Shown piece after piece: positions 39,136 to 52,500 of a stretch of 64,000 bases of DNA. The stretch comes from Felis catus. Taxonomy: Eukaryota. The position numbers and the translations under genes were made by a program. The notes under the pieces were generated by a model, which was not told the origin of the DNA, did not search any database, and was given only the letters and a program-made list of their open reading frames with translations. Position 1 is the first letter of the stretch. Each line of letters starts with the position of its first letter. The DNA lies in the NCBI RefSeq assembly GCF_018350175.1, contig NC_058370.1, forward strand, positions 137,206,001 to 137,270,000, given 5' to 3'.

Positions 39136-40490
39136 CTACTTCTTCAATTAAATATACAACGGTAATTAAATACACAATGACACAATTAAATACACAACAC
39201 TGAACTGCTGAGATCAGTTTGCCTTTGCAAACTGGTTTTTCTCCAGCAAAGGTCATCAAGTTATCTTCGCTTCAGACTCTCTCTTCCTTTCTAACTTCTC
39301 TGTTCCCTCCTCCGGGAACCTCATTCTTCTGGCCCCTTCTGTTCCAGACGCCCGGTCATATCGGACAATTGTTTTTCTCTTCTGTTACGCGGATGAGTCT
39401 CCCCAGCACAAGACGTAATGATCTTCCTTTTAATTGTTTCGTATTCATGACGCTTCCCACATCCCATCATTTTACAGCCAGGCCACCACATTTGGGGACC
39501 TCTTCAGCCCCAGGTTCCTCCCACGCCCCATCCGCCTGTCCCCTGATGCCACTTCTTTTCATTGTGTTCCTTCGCGCTGTTCTATTTCTCTGTCTACTGA
39601 CACCCTCCTGTCTGCTCCGGGGCTTTTCCTCATGGCTTCCTTTCCCTCAAGAGCCCAATCTTCTCACTGCTTTCTCTTGCTGTCCTCGTTGTCTGGGTTG
39701 ACATGCTGGGGAGCTTTATCACACGCCCATGAGCCCTTGCGTTTCATTTGTATTTTGGTTTCACACTAAGCACGTAACTCATACGAGTAACGAGGCCGTT
39801 CTCCCACCATTCTTGCTGCTTCTGTTAAATGTGATCTGTGCTCATGGGAGCTCGTGTGTGGGAGACGGAGTGGTCGCAGGGGTCGACCTGTAAGCACGGA
39901 ACCTGACACCGTGTGTGCAGAGCTTTGTTAGAGTCAGACCGAGTGTGATAGTCATCACGGGGCAGCTGTCTGCCACCACCACTTCCCAACCACGCTGGGC
40001 CACTTGCTGAACTGAATCTGATTCAGCGCGGGAACACCAGAAAAGTTTGGAAGGTTACGAACATTCGATGCAAGAATGCCTCTTTCCTTTCTATCTTCTC
40101 TTCCCTGCATACATATGACCACGTAACACGCTATCATTTGTTCCTCCACAAAGTCTCGGCTACGCTGGAACCTAGATCCGTCTTTGAGAACCTTGCAGAA
40201 GCTTCTGTCATATTTATCATCGCAGGGGGAACTGCTGAATGCTGCACGGTCACTGATTTTAGCTTCAGATAGTTTGTGCGATCGACTCTGAAGACCTTGG
40301 ACTTCTCTAATTTCCTTGAGGCAAATAAGAATGTTGATACCAGACTATGTCCTTGGGACCGAGAATTCTACTGAGTAGGAGTCTAAATAGCACCTAAGCC
40401 TCTGATCTTCAACATCCACACTCCGTAAGCGCTGACACCTTTTACGCAGGCCTGGCCGTGGGGAGTCAGTTCTTCTGCTTCTGTCCCCAG

Positions 40491-40694
40491 TTAGAGTCGC
40501 CAGATTTAGCGAATAAAACTACAGCGCAACTAGGTTAGATGTGAATTTCAGATAAACAATGAATACCTTCTTATTGTAAGTGTGTCGCAAATATTGCGAA
40601 GTGTTAGCGTCGGTACATGGGACATACTAGCATTGAAAATTCTTCATTGTTTACCTAAAATTTCTCCGGATAGCCTATATTTTATCTGGCAATC
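40491..40694. mobile_element. MER53 palindromic MITE (hAT-like)
   Basis: gccagatttagcgaataaaa...gaatttcagataaacaa...atgggacatact...ttgtttacctaaaattt...ttttatctggcaa. Confidence 0.85.
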
Positions 40695-41298
40695 ATCTCA
40701 ATTTTTCATCCCAAGTAACTGGAACTGGGTAAAGCCTTCTCACGCACTAGTCCGGTAGGTATAAAGCAGAATTATGTGCCACTAACACTAGGGATCTGGT
40801 GCGTTCCCTTCGGTGTTTCTTCCCTCTTTTTATCTGGCAACCTCCATTTCCTCTCTGTCTGCCTAAACACAGCCCGACAAGCCCCACACCGGGGCTACCC
40901 TTCCGTGTATTTGTTCACCCGCTCGGCTTGTTCTACTGCGCTGTCTTTATGATTATTCCCTCATCACGTGTCCCAGAGAGTTATTTCTGCCTCCCTGCAG
41001 ATGTTGTGATCCTAGGCTTCCTCTCTGTCATAATTGCCTCTGTCTGAAGACCTCCCCCCGCTCTTTAATTTCCTCTGGAGCATCTAGGCCTGCTGATGGA
41101 GACATTTCCGCGTCCTGCTCTGACCCTGCACCCGATTGCTGTCTACCTTACAGACACCCGGCAGACTATCTATCCCCTGCCCGAGCCAGGCCAGCAGCCC
41201 CAGAGAATCCGTTACTGTCCCAAGGAGCCTGCTCAGGTGAACGTCTCTGCACCCACAGCCTGTTTCCCTCCCTCGGCCTGAGCGAGGAGCAGCCTCTG

Positions 41299-41530
41299 GG
41301 GGCGCCTGGGTGGTTCAGTCGGTTGAACGTCCAACTTCGGCTCAGGTCACGATCTCACCCGTCTGAGTTCGAGCCCCGCGTCCGGCTCTGTGCCGACAGC
41401 TCGAAGCCTGGAGCCTGCTTCGGATCCTGTGTCTCCCTCTCTCTCTGTTACTCCCCCGCTTTCTCTTTCTCTCTCTCTCTCTCTCTCAAAAATAAATAGA
41501 GCTTACAAAAATACAAATAAAAATAAAAAA
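41299..41530 (+). mobile_element. CAN-SINE
   Basis: SINEC; TSD agcagcctctg / agcagcttctg. Confidence 0.93.
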
Positions 41531-42498
41531 AGCAGCAGCAGCTTCTGTTCGCTGGTCCTTTGCCCGAATGGAGCAGTTTCACGCGGGACTGGCTCTTCTG
41601 CACACTTTTTAAACTGTACAATAAGGAAAGTGTTCTGATGAAGGGGACCTCAAGCATCCTCCACGCATTTCTGACTTGCAAGTCGATAGTGTATCCGAGA
41701 GAAATACTGAGAAGTAGTTTTGATGTCACTAACGGCTGTTTAGAAGAGAACGTCACTGAGAATTCCTTACGGACATCCCATGGGAATGGAGGCACGTTTG
41801 TCTCACCTGGCATGACGTGGGTCTGTGCTTACGTATCTAAAGTTTCCTTGTGAGGTTTCTGACAGGCAAGGACCATTATTTCGAGGGTCGCTTTGATCAC
41901 CTTCACACATCATTGTGTTACCACAGGTGGGGTGGAAAGTTCTTACCCTCCGATGGCTTAAGATTTCTATAAACTACATTTTTGGGTCTCTACGTAGTGA
42001 CTCCTCATGTCCAAGCCCACTGCAATCTGTGAGTTTTTCTTCTTGATGGAGTTTGTGCAGAGATGGGAGAGAGGTTTCCGGATGGGCCTGGAGGGCCGGG
42101 ACGTCAGGGAACTTTCTGCGGTCCCTCCACAAATGCTTCACCACAAGTGGGTGACAGTGTTCTTAACTGTTTAGTGTTTGATTTCGCTCATCTGCCAAGT
42201 AGAAAGTACTTCGTGACATGCCTCCTTCATGTGCATGAGGAGGGAGGGGTAAAGGTGGCATTCTAAATTTAATTAGGCATCAATACTATCATTAATAAGA
42301 TTTTATTTCTTTCATGATAATGTATATCCAAATCTGAAGGGGATGAAAATACACCCGTTTCCCCTTCAATTTTTGTTCTCGCCGACATCATCAACTCTCT
42401 GGAAGTTACTCTTCCCTGTTCCAGCAATTACCTGTTGCAAATCATCTCATGGTTTATAAAGGGCTTCCACATGTGGTGTAAGATTCATTTATCATCTT

Positions 42499-42698
42499 GG
42501 GGCATCTGGGTGGCTCAACCAGTTGAGTGTCCAACTCTTGATCTGGGCTCAGGTCACGATCTCACAGTTCGTGGGGTTGAGCCCCTCATTGGGTTCTGGA
42601 CTGACAGCAAAGAACCTGCTTGAGATTCTCTCTCTCCCCCTCTCTCTCTGCCCCTCCCCCCTCAAAATAAATAAATAAATAAATAAACGTAAAAAATG
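42499..42698 (+). mobile_element. CAN-SINE (older)
   Basis: SINEC with (AAAT)n tail; diverged TSD gattcatttatcatc / gattcatataccatc. Confidence 0.9.
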
Positions 42699-43619
42699 GA
42701 TTCATATACCATCCTAACACATAGACAACACATTGTATGATCCAGTGTAAAGGCTGAACTGTCATAACAATGAGACCCAATGTGGGTCTAGATAAAGCCA
42801 AAGTCCTGAGGAGCGTACTTTCAAATGGCAGTGGGTCTGCTTCTCTTCCTTACTTGGGGACAAAGGTGGCTGCCAACATGATTGAGTTGGAACCCTGGGC
42901 GGGAGCGTCTCTCTTTTCAAATGGCCAAACCTAGAAATCATGCATTTCCATATTTCCATGCATCGGTTATCAACAAAAAGAAAGAATATGGCAGAAGGAG
43001 CGCCTGATGTCTTCAGGTACAGAACAGGAAGCAGCAGGTGTCATTCTGCTCCCAGGGCCATACCCAAGGGAGCTGAGAAATGTGGTTAGCGGGCCATTGG
43101 CTATTCCTCTGCTTCTGTGCTCCTGTGGAAGAAAGGGGAGGTATAAATCCCTGCCACAAATCCCAAGGATCAAAGAAATTAAGCAATGTGCTTCTTCCTC
43201 ATTTTGTCTGTATATGAATCTTACTAATAAGGCCTGGATCTAATTCTGTATCTTTTGTAAATTCTTGGATAATCATTGCATTTGAAAGTGATTTTACTTC
43301 CACTGAATCATCTCTGTGTCCTTTAATGTCTGACCTGTTTCCTTCTCCTTTCACTATTGGCTGCCTTTGTGTGGGAGATGTTTGTTTTCAACTAGGCTGT
43401 GAACACTTAAAATTATAGAGAAATCTGATTGCATAGATCTGTATTGTATATTTTGAGGCTTGTATTGTGTGTTTCACGTAGTAAACATTAATTCTGAAAC
43501 GCGGCTAGCAACCCGTGGTAGCAATCCGTGGTTGTATTTGTGACTCTGTTGTTATGCAGCACGTGGCTGTGATTGTGTCAGAAAAAGGGGGTGAAGAATG
43601 GGGTCTGGTGGGGCTATGA

Positions 43620-43650
43620 AATGTGCGCGCGCACACACACACACACACAT
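43620..43650. repeat. (GC)n(AC)n alternating purine-pyrimidine tract
   Basis: directly visible. Confidence 0.85.
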
Positions 43651-43711
43651 CCTTTCCCCTTCAACCAGACCTGTCATTTCTTCATTCTAGTTGTGCTGGA
43701 TGAAAGTCCCC

Positions 43712-44018
43712 TGTTATGGGTTGAATTCTCCCAAACTCCTTTGTTGAAGCCCTAACCCCAGTACCAGTAAATGTAACCTTATTTGGAAAAAGGGTCTTAG
43801 CAGATGATCAAGTTAGGATGAGGTCAAGAGAGTGGGCTCTAACCCAGTCTGACTGTGTCCTTATAAAAAGAAGAAATGTGGACACAGAGATACAGAAGGG
43901 GCCAGCTCTGCCCATGCCTTGACCTTGGACTTCTCTTCTCCAGAAGTGTAAGGGAATGAATTCCTGGTAAGCCACTCAGTGAAGGCACTTGTTGTAACAG
44001 CCCCAGGAGACTAATTCA
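43712..44018 (+). mobile_element. ERVL-MaLR solo LTR (MLT1B-like, internally deleted)
   Basis: tgttatgggttgaatt...aatgtaaccttatttggaaa...gtccttataaaaaga...cttggacttct...gactaattca. Confidence 0.85.
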
Positions 44019-44899
44019 CCCTCATCCGTAACTTTCCACACATTCCTTGGTGTTCTGTAGAAAAGAACCCACTCACTCCTCGTAGCTACCTTGCGGTTGG
44101 GTGTTACTACAAGTTCAAAACTGTGTCACGTATCAGAGAACCCCACGGTCAGAACATCCTGCGCTTACGTGTCAGGGTAACATTGCTTACATGCACTCTA
44201 AACCCAATGGATTAGATCCTCTTTGTAATGATGGTCCCTTTCTGGCCGCAGGTGGAGTGTTTCCATTTTAAATTGTTTTCCTATTAGTTGTGTTGTCTTG
44301 GCAAATTAGATAGGAAGAATATAATTACACTCTTTCAAGATTCCGTCTTATTCCTCTGAGCCCGCTGAAACTTTTTTTTCCTGAGATCTGTGAAAAGCTT
44401 TTCTCCTTTTCAAGATTCTCTTTTCAAGCCATAAATACATGCACATTTATAGAGCTAAATAGCCTGCCGTGGATTTCTGCGAAATCAGAGGACTGCCTCC
44501 CTCACAGAATTAAATACTGTTTAGCAACTTGTGAGGCTGGAACAGATCTAGAGGCTACTGCTTCCCCATCTTGTGCCCTTAATGAAGCCATACGAGCCTT
44601 ATTCTGGTAAAAATATATACTTCTCATAATGGTGGCTAAATACAAATTCTACAGCTTTAAAAAAATAAACAAATGAGCCACATAGTATCCATCACATAGT
44701 TTGTGTCACTTGATGTGTATCACCAAATCATAAAAATGCATATCTTTAATTAATGACATTACATTTCCTAGAAACTCCCAAACCTTTTGTGAAATGTTGG
44801 CAACAGTACGCACTCAGTAACTGCTTGTCTATTGGACTTTTCTTCTGTTTACATCATTACTGAGATTTTATAGGTGAGAACCATGAGGCTTAGTTCAGG

Positions 44900-44913
44900 C
44901 TTTTCTTTCTTTC

Positions 44914-44953
<40 letters not shown>

Positions 44954-44979
44954 TTTCTTTTTCTTTTTTTTCTTTTTTT
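44900..44979. repeat. (CTTT)n microsatellite
   Basis: directly visible. Confidence 0.9.
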
Positions 44980-45948
44980 GTATGTGATGTGTATTTGCTT
45001 CTTGGCTAGCAGGTTTAGAGGTCATGGGCATGAGACATATTAGCTGCTGTAATGTTGTGCAAGAGAACTTCTGGGATCCTCAGATCCTGAGGATTGATGC
45101 CGTGATTAAGTGAGCTACTCTACAAAAACCATTCAGCCCCGCACTCTGTGTTAGCAATTATTATTAATGTCATCTTCTTTGACCAGCCTCAAAGACAAAG
45201 GTTGCCCTTGACCATTTCAAGCATCATCCTTAAACTGTAATGTTTTTCTGATGCCTTTTTTCTTGGAAGGCTGTCACATTAACTCCCGGAGTTAGCCAGG
45301 CTGGGGGCGGGCTTGGTAGATTCCTGAGGAATAGCATCTTTGTGAGGATGGAAATAGGGTCCAGCAAGAAGCCCACTTCCCCCAAGATTTCCCAAGTACT
45401 TTCTGATGGAGAGGAAACAAGAAAATGGCTTTTCCTCTGTCTTTCCCCTGGAAGAATCCATTCTGTGACTCACTCCTTCTGTTGCTTCTCCCTTCCAAAG
45501 TCCCTTCCAAAATAGGATAGGTAGAATTCCTCCCACAAATTGTTTTACCTCAGGTCTGAACAAAATTACTTTATTAGCAATAAACCTAGGATTTGCATCT
45601 AGGGATGGAGGGAAGAAAAGGAACCCGTCATCAGCAAAATGGTTGTGCTCAAATGTCAAAGGACGCCATGGGATGCCTTTAACTCCATCCTGCCACATAA
45701 TAAAATTGCTAGAAATCCCTTCCAATGGGGATATGGATCTCAAAATCGTGATCTGATCTCGACCAAAGTTGCACAGATGTGCTGAGAATAACACAGGAAA
45801 TAGGTCATTTGCAGCATAGGCGTAAATCTTTCTTCCTGAAGGTCACTGCCACTCAATAAGGTAGGTATCATGTGTTTTTCCTGGATCAAGCTGTACTAAT
45901 TTTTGTCTACCTGATTGCCAATCAAGTATTATTTAAAATACTACTTCA

Positions 45949-46171
45949 GGGGCTCCTGGGTAGCTCAGTCGGTTGAGCATCCTGTCCGACTCTTGATTTT
46001 GGCCCGGGTCATGCGTGATCTCACGGTTTGTGAGATCGAGCCCCACATCGGGCTCTGTGCTGAGTGTGGAGCCTGCTTACAATTCTGTCTCTCTCTCCCT
46101 CTCCCTCTGTCTCTCCCCCGTTCATGCCGTCTCTGTCCCACTCTCAATAAACCAAAATAAAAAAAAAAAAA
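45949..46171 (+). mobile_element. CAN-SINE (older)
   Basis: SINEC head, (CT)n, A tail; TSD atactact. Confidence 0.9.
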
Positions 46172-46196
46172 CATACTACTGGAAAGAAAATGTTTT

Positions 46197-46422
46197 TTTT
46201 TTTAATTTTTTTTTCAATGTTTATTTATTTTTTGGGGGACAGAGAGAGACAGAGCATGAACGGGGGAGGGGCAGAGAGAGAGAGGGAGACACAGAATCGG
46301 AAACAGGCTCCAGGCTCTGAGCCATCAGCCCAGAGCCCGACGCGGGGCTTGAACTCACGGACCGCGAGATCGTGACCTGGCTGAAGTCGGACGCTTAACC
46401 GACTGCGCCACCCAGGCGCCCC
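46197..46422 (-). mobile_element. young SINEC_Fc
   Basis: young diagnostic motifs; TSD aagaaaatgtttt. Confidence 0.95.
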
Positions 46423-46611
46423 AAGAAAATGTTTTAACTTTAGTAATCCAAAAAATAAAATAATTCCAATCAAAACGTGAGGGAGAAATTTGAGGAAGAA
46501 GTGTGTAGACATTATAAGCAAGTAAGACATTTTCAGAGTCACTTGGGATGACTGTTGCTTTTGCTTTTATCTACCTTTTCTCTATTTTTCTGAAGCTTTA
46601 AATCCAGAATT

Positions 46612-48375
46612 TTTTTTAAGTCAGATGTTGTGAATTAAAATCGACACCCAATAAATGCACGATGTTTAGTGACAGTTCTGTGAGTTTTAACAAGTCATAG
46701 TGATGGGTGGCCACCACCAAAATCAAGACGTGGAAGTGTCCCAGCACCCCTGCAGGTGCCTCCTGGGTCTCCGTCGCGGAGTCCTCCCTGCTTCCGGCCA
46801 CCCACAAAGTCTGATCTGTTTCCTGCCCCTTAGCGTGGCTCGTTTCAAAGTGTTTTGTGAACAGAATCACACAGTATGAAGCCTTTGGTCTGGCTTTCCC
46901 CTTAGCACAGCACAAGTGATACCCATCCATTTGTGGAGGGGTCAGTGGTCCTCCTCTTCATGAATGAGAGGTATTATATCTTGTGCCTGGGGCTCTGTTT
47001 GATTATTATTTATTCGCAGTCGAAAACATTTGGGTGGTTTCCAGTATTTTGAAATTGTGAATAACAATGCTGTAAGCATATATGTACCAATTTGGGGGTG
47101 AACCTACTTTTTTCTTTCTCTTGAGTAAATACCCAAGAGTGCTGTTGTTGGCCATGATGACAAGTGTATGTCAAAATTTATAGACAACCATCAAATTGTT
47201 TTCCAGAGTGGCTGTACCATTGTCCATTTCCATCAGCAACAAGGGAGGGTCCCAGCTGTTACACACGTTCATCAGGACTGAGTACGGTCAGGTCTATTTC
47301 TTTTATTTTTCAATTTTAGCCTCCTCATAGGCATATCATTGCCGTTTTAATTTGTAGTTTCCTAAGGGGTGATGAAGTTGGTCATCGTTTTGTGTCCCTA
47401 TATGCCATCTGTATATTTTCATTGGTGAAAATACTCTAATCATGAGCCCATTTTTAAGGTTTTTTTTTTCTTAATTTTGCAGTTTTGAGAGTTCATTATG
47501 TATGTACTCTGGATTTAAGTCCTTTATTGAATATGTTTTTCCCAATATTGTGTCATATTCTGTTGGTTGACATCATGTTCCTAACAGGGTTTTTTGAAGT
47601 GTGACAGGTTTTAGTTCTTACAACGTTCAGTTCGTCCATTTTTACTTGTCGTGATGTTACTTTTGGTGTTATTTCAGAAATCTTGTTCTGAATTGATTTC
47701 AGAAATCAATTCCAAGATTGCGGAGGTTTTTCTCCGAAGTTCTCTTCTGAAAATTGTATAACTTTAGGTTTTATATTTATTTCTAGGAACTATTTTGAAT
47801 TACTTGTATTTCTAACATAAAGTTATGGGTGGAGGTTTCCTTTTTCTTTTATAAATGTCTAATCATTCCAGTTTTGTTTGTGAAAGAGATTATCCTATTT
47901 GCATTGAATTATATGTGTGCCTTTGTCGGAAGTCAACTAGCCACACACGTGGGTCATCTTTAGACCATCCATCCGCCGATGTCTGTCTCAAAGGTGTCGC
48001 CGGCATCACACTCTCATTATTACTGTAGCTTTATAACAAACCCTAAACACGACCAGTGTGAGTTCTGAAATTTGTTTTTGTTTTCTTTTTTCTTTTTTCA
48101 AAGCTGTTTTCGGCTTCTGAGTTCCTTTGCTTTTCTGAGTAACATTTATGAACAGCTTGTCTATTCCCACGATTGGAAATTCTTCTAGAATATTTGTTGG
48201 GATCCTAATAGACCTGGGCTTCAGTTTGGGGATCACTGGCATCTCAACAGAACTGAATCTTCCCGTCTATAAAGATACACCATCTCTCCACTTGTCTGGG
48301 TTTTCTTGGATTTCTTTCATCATCATTTTGGAACTTTTCATGGGCAGCTCTTGTGCATATTTTGTTAGATAACCC
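46612..48375 (-). mobile_element. old L1 (L1MB/L1ME-type) 3' UTR plus ORF2 remnant
   Basis: ttttccagagtggctgtaccatt motif; ORF 48006..48242(-) IDKLF...KTALKK...LTL...YKATVI resembles the L1 ORF2p C-terminal segment. Confidence 0.85.
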
Positions 48376-49852
48376 CATATCCAATTATACTAAGGATAAT
48401 TATTTTCTGAATATTCTTTCCTTGTTTCTGAATTAATACTGTATTTTTTTAATGGAAAGCACTCTCCATTCAAGGTAAATATAAATGTCCTTGGATCTCT
48501 TCATTTTATCAACCAGTGGCAGAGAAAATATTTTGAAGGCACACAGGGAAGTAGAAATGATGTTGCATTTTCATTTTATCGTATGAATTGTGCTTATTCA
48601 ACATATTGGCTATGTTGCACCAAAAGGTTTATTATTTTGAAATAATAAAAGTTTGCCTTTGAAATATTTAGTATAGATGTGTACCAAATGCATAATTTTG
48701 ACTAAGTGACATTTTTTAAAGTTCTGGAATAAAACTGCAATTTCCTGACCCAGATGATTGGGAGCGGAGGTAGGATCCTGTGCTACCCACCTGTATACTT
48801 CCTGTACAGAGCAGGATCCTCGGATGGAGATTTGTTCTCACCTGAGAACTGTCCACTCCAGGGCCTTGCTGTCCATGGTATCAGTGGCATAAAGAGATAC
48901 CACTGTGTTGCAAAATGCTTGGGCCAATGTAGAAGCGTGTGCCTGGCCCAGAGTAACCAGTTCAGGACAATGGAGAAGTTCTGGGGTATCTGAGGGGGTT
49001 TATTCTCAGTTTTCTTATGGATTTGCTAAGAAAATAATAGAAATGATCAGTCTTTTGAACACGCATGCATATAACTACTTAAAAAATCGATACAAAATGA
49101 TGCTGGCAACTGTTTAAATTACTCATGATAACACTTCCAAGCTTCACAATTTGACTGAAAAAAAAAAAAAACCCACTACATTTAGTAGAAATAATGATCC
49201 AATCTCGAAATGCATGATGGCAGATGTTATGGTCAATACATGATATGAATGTACAACAAATATATAAATAGAATTTTACCATAAAACTCACTCAGACAGG
49301 CATCATTCTCTAGAAAAAAAAAAAAAGATGTTCTGGAAAACAGAAACTAAAATGGAGACATTCAGACATGTTTTCATTGTGCATTGTAGGTAAGGCATGA
49401 ATTGATTAAATAGATTTTACTGTAATTGGCTTTGAAAAATACTTTCTAAACAGAAGTCCATCCATCAGCCTGTGTTATACAGTCTAAGTCTGGCTCCTGA
49501 GCGCTTGTTTGATGGACAGCGGGAGCTGACGGCCATGCGTTCTGTCCCCTGGGTGGTGGGGCGCAGGGTGGAGGTCGCTGGAGGAAGATAAAGTCTAACT
49601 CCAGGGGATCAGAGTGGATACACACAGTGTGGCGGTAAGCTCTGGCTTGAACATGCGGATGAGTTAGTAAGGGAAAATATGACGGTTTTCTCTACATCAC
49701 CATAAATTTGCTCAACATAAGCAGCAGCTCTAGGAGCATTCCTTTGGTGATCTAAATTCATGCCATGGTCAGAAAGTTGAATTTGCATGATATATATTAA
49801 ATGTGAGGAATTGAGTCAGGAATTTAATTTCTGTTAAGAGTTCTCTCTTTTA

Positions 49853-50059
49853 GGGGCACCTGGGTGGCTCAGTCGGTTAAGCGTCTGCCTTCGGCTCAAG
49901 TCATGATCCTTCAGTCCGTGAGTTCGAGCCCCACGTCGGGCTCTGTGCTGACAGCTCAGAGCCTGGAGCCTGCTTTGGATTCTGTGTCTTCCTCTGTCTC
50001 TGCCCCTCCCTCACTCACATTCTGTCACTCTCTCAAAAATAAATAAACATTAAAAAAAA
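49853..50059 (+). mobile_element. CAN-SINE
   Basis: perfect TSD aagagttctctcttttag at a TT|AA site. Confidence 0.95.
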
Positions 50060-50944
50060 AAGAGTTCTCTCTTTTAGAGCCATCAAGAGTAGAATGGAGA
50101 ACTTCTTATCACAGTCTATACTTGATGTCCCCCGGTACCAGGCTGGTTGACAGGTTAGATTTCCTAAATTGCTAATGGACTTTCAGGGGCTTGGTTCTGC
50201 ATAACTCAATGTTGTAGTTCAAAGAAAAGAAAATTTGAATCGCAGACCTTACATCTGTGCTCACATGGGTGCTCCTGGGCTTGGCTCTGGGTTGGCCTAA
50301 TCCCAGTCCGTATTTGGGACCATCTTCAAGAATCAATGTCAACCTGATCTTGCGTAACATATTCTTCTTAATCTGTTCAGTATGTCTCCTTCTGGGACAC
50401 AGCTAACATCAAAGGGTGGACCTTGAATTGCTTGCAAATGGGAATTCAACAGGCAAACAACTTATGAGTATATTTTCAGACTCTGAAACAAAGAAAACAG
50501 CAGTGCCTTTTGGTGGCTGCGCCGTTTTAACGCTCCGAGGATTACGGAGGAAACTGTTGGTATTTCTAAGTCTGAAAAATACCATGTAATTGCAAGTCAT
50601 GTGACAAGGAAAAAATTTTCTTTCACGCCTGTGTGGGTTGGGAAGGAAAGCAAAACCTTCCTTCAGGAAGATCATAAGCTTACTGTGGTGGCGAGAAGCT
50701 AGAAAGAATGTGTAGCAAAATGCCAACATGTTTTTAAGTAGTAGGTTCTGCGGATTTCCCAGGAAGAGAAGGACCACAATGAACCGGTGTCTTCAGGAAG
50801 GACTTCCGAGAGAAGGATAAAAGTAACACACGTTTTTGATGTTTCTTGGGATCCGCGTGAGGTGAAAGCATTGAATGGATAGAGCACAGCAAACACAGGA
50901 ACAATGAGTCACCAGTGGGTGCCCTGGGAACGAGCAAGCGTTTT

Positions 50945-51830
50945 ACTCAGTTCAACAAAAAAATGTATTGAGTCTCCCTGTGTCCCAGATGCCACACTGC
51001 ATGCTAGGGAAACAACACTGAATTAACCTTAAAACTTTGTCCTTGGGGAGCCTGTTTTCCAGTGGGGAAAGAGACAAGCTAACAGTGATCTGAATGTTGC
51101 ATACATGTTGTGGTTGGAGCAAGGGCAGGTGATCCAGCAAAACACGGAAGGGGGCGCATCTAATCCAGCTGTGTTGTCACCATATAAACCTTGGAGGAGA
51201 GCATCTCTAAGGAGACGTCTAAAGGGTGGTTGAGAACGGCACAGAGGGCGGTGTCCCAGGCAAAGGGGAAAAAAAAAATGCGTGAAGCCCTTGTCCCCAG
51301 AGTGTAAGGAATAATCCTGAAGCTTGAAGAAACTTACAACAATGGAGCTCAGGGGTGGGTAACGGGCGGTGAAGAGCGAATACTTTGAGCACCCAGATTA
51401 AACTTCCCTAAGACATTCGGGCCATGTTTTAATGGCAAGATCGGATCTGCGTTTTGGAAATACCACTCTGGTGGAGGGTGGAACTCCATCTCTGTTCTAC
51501 AAGAGAAACATCCAGGACTGGAACAGAAGCCGGATAGTAGGGAACACACAACAGAGTCAATGGGGAGAGAGCAAGTGTGTGTTCACAAAACACACAGTCA
51601 GGGATACTCGAGAATGGAAACAGGAATCAAGGGTGACACTGGACTTGTGGCTTGGACTAGTGGACTGAGGTTTGTAAAAAAATCATAGGGATCTTGAAGG
51701 TATATTACTCATCAAACATCTAAATTGGGCAGCACATTTACATGTCTGTCCATAAGCAATCTGAGTTCAGGATTTGGGAGTTACAAGCACATAGGTATTA
51801 CCTGAAGCCGTGAGAAAAAGAAGGATACAT
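50945..51830 (-). mobile_element. L2 3' fragment
   Basis: ttcaacaaa..tattgagtctccctgtgtcccag...catctaatccag...atctgcgttttggaaataccactctgg. Confidence 0.7.
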
Positions 51831-52291
51831 ACCCCCGATTATGTGCTTCAGAAAATACACAAGAAGGTTTGGTGAGGGAGGGGGTACACGAAGCAACTAC
51901 TGCCCTTCGGCTCTGGGATTACTTTCGTGGAACTCTAAATATCAGGCTACAGAGTTTCAAACGATCTTGTAAACAGTGAGGACGGCGCTGGGGTTCCCCC
52001 GCTCCCCTCTTCCAGAAAGTTGGTACGATGCACAAGTGAAATTCAAACTATGGCAGCTGCATATTTAATTGTGGAACTTGTTGGCAGTGTTATAAATAGA
52101 TTATTACGGAAGTCTAGAGAAGTAATTAAGGAGATGAACAAGAGCGGTGGCCAAGGAGACAGAAAACAGGCAAAGACAGATGTGAAAGAATCAGACGTGT
52201 CTGCCGACCTGCTACATCATAAAAAAATATTAGTCTTCCCTAGGAATGTTTCGTGGGTAAGAGCAAGCAAAATAAAATTAAGTAAGCCATA

Positions 52292-52500
52292 GGGGCGCTT
52301 GGGTGGCGCAGTCGGTTAAGCGTCCAACTTCAGCCAGGTCACGATCTCGCGGTCCGTGAGTTCGAGCCCCGGGTCAGGCTCTGGGCTGATGGCTCGGAGC
52401 CTGGAGCCTGCTTCCGATTCTGTGTCTCCCTCTCTCTCTGCCCCTCCCCCGTTCATGCTGTGTCTCTCTCTGTCCCAAAAATAAATAAACGTTGAAAAAA
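52292..52500 (+). mobile_element. young SINEC_Fc
   Basis: young diagnostic motifs; TSD aaaattaagtaagcca. Confidence 0.95.

Noticed and set aside
45279-45794. 171-aa minus-strand ORF with a possible internal exon ending GAG|gtaaaa
   Set aside because: Weak splice signals and no recognisable homology
50253-50343. Minus-strand exon candidate ending GAT|gtaagg
   Set aside because: Acceptor lacks a pyrimidine tract; peptide unrecognised
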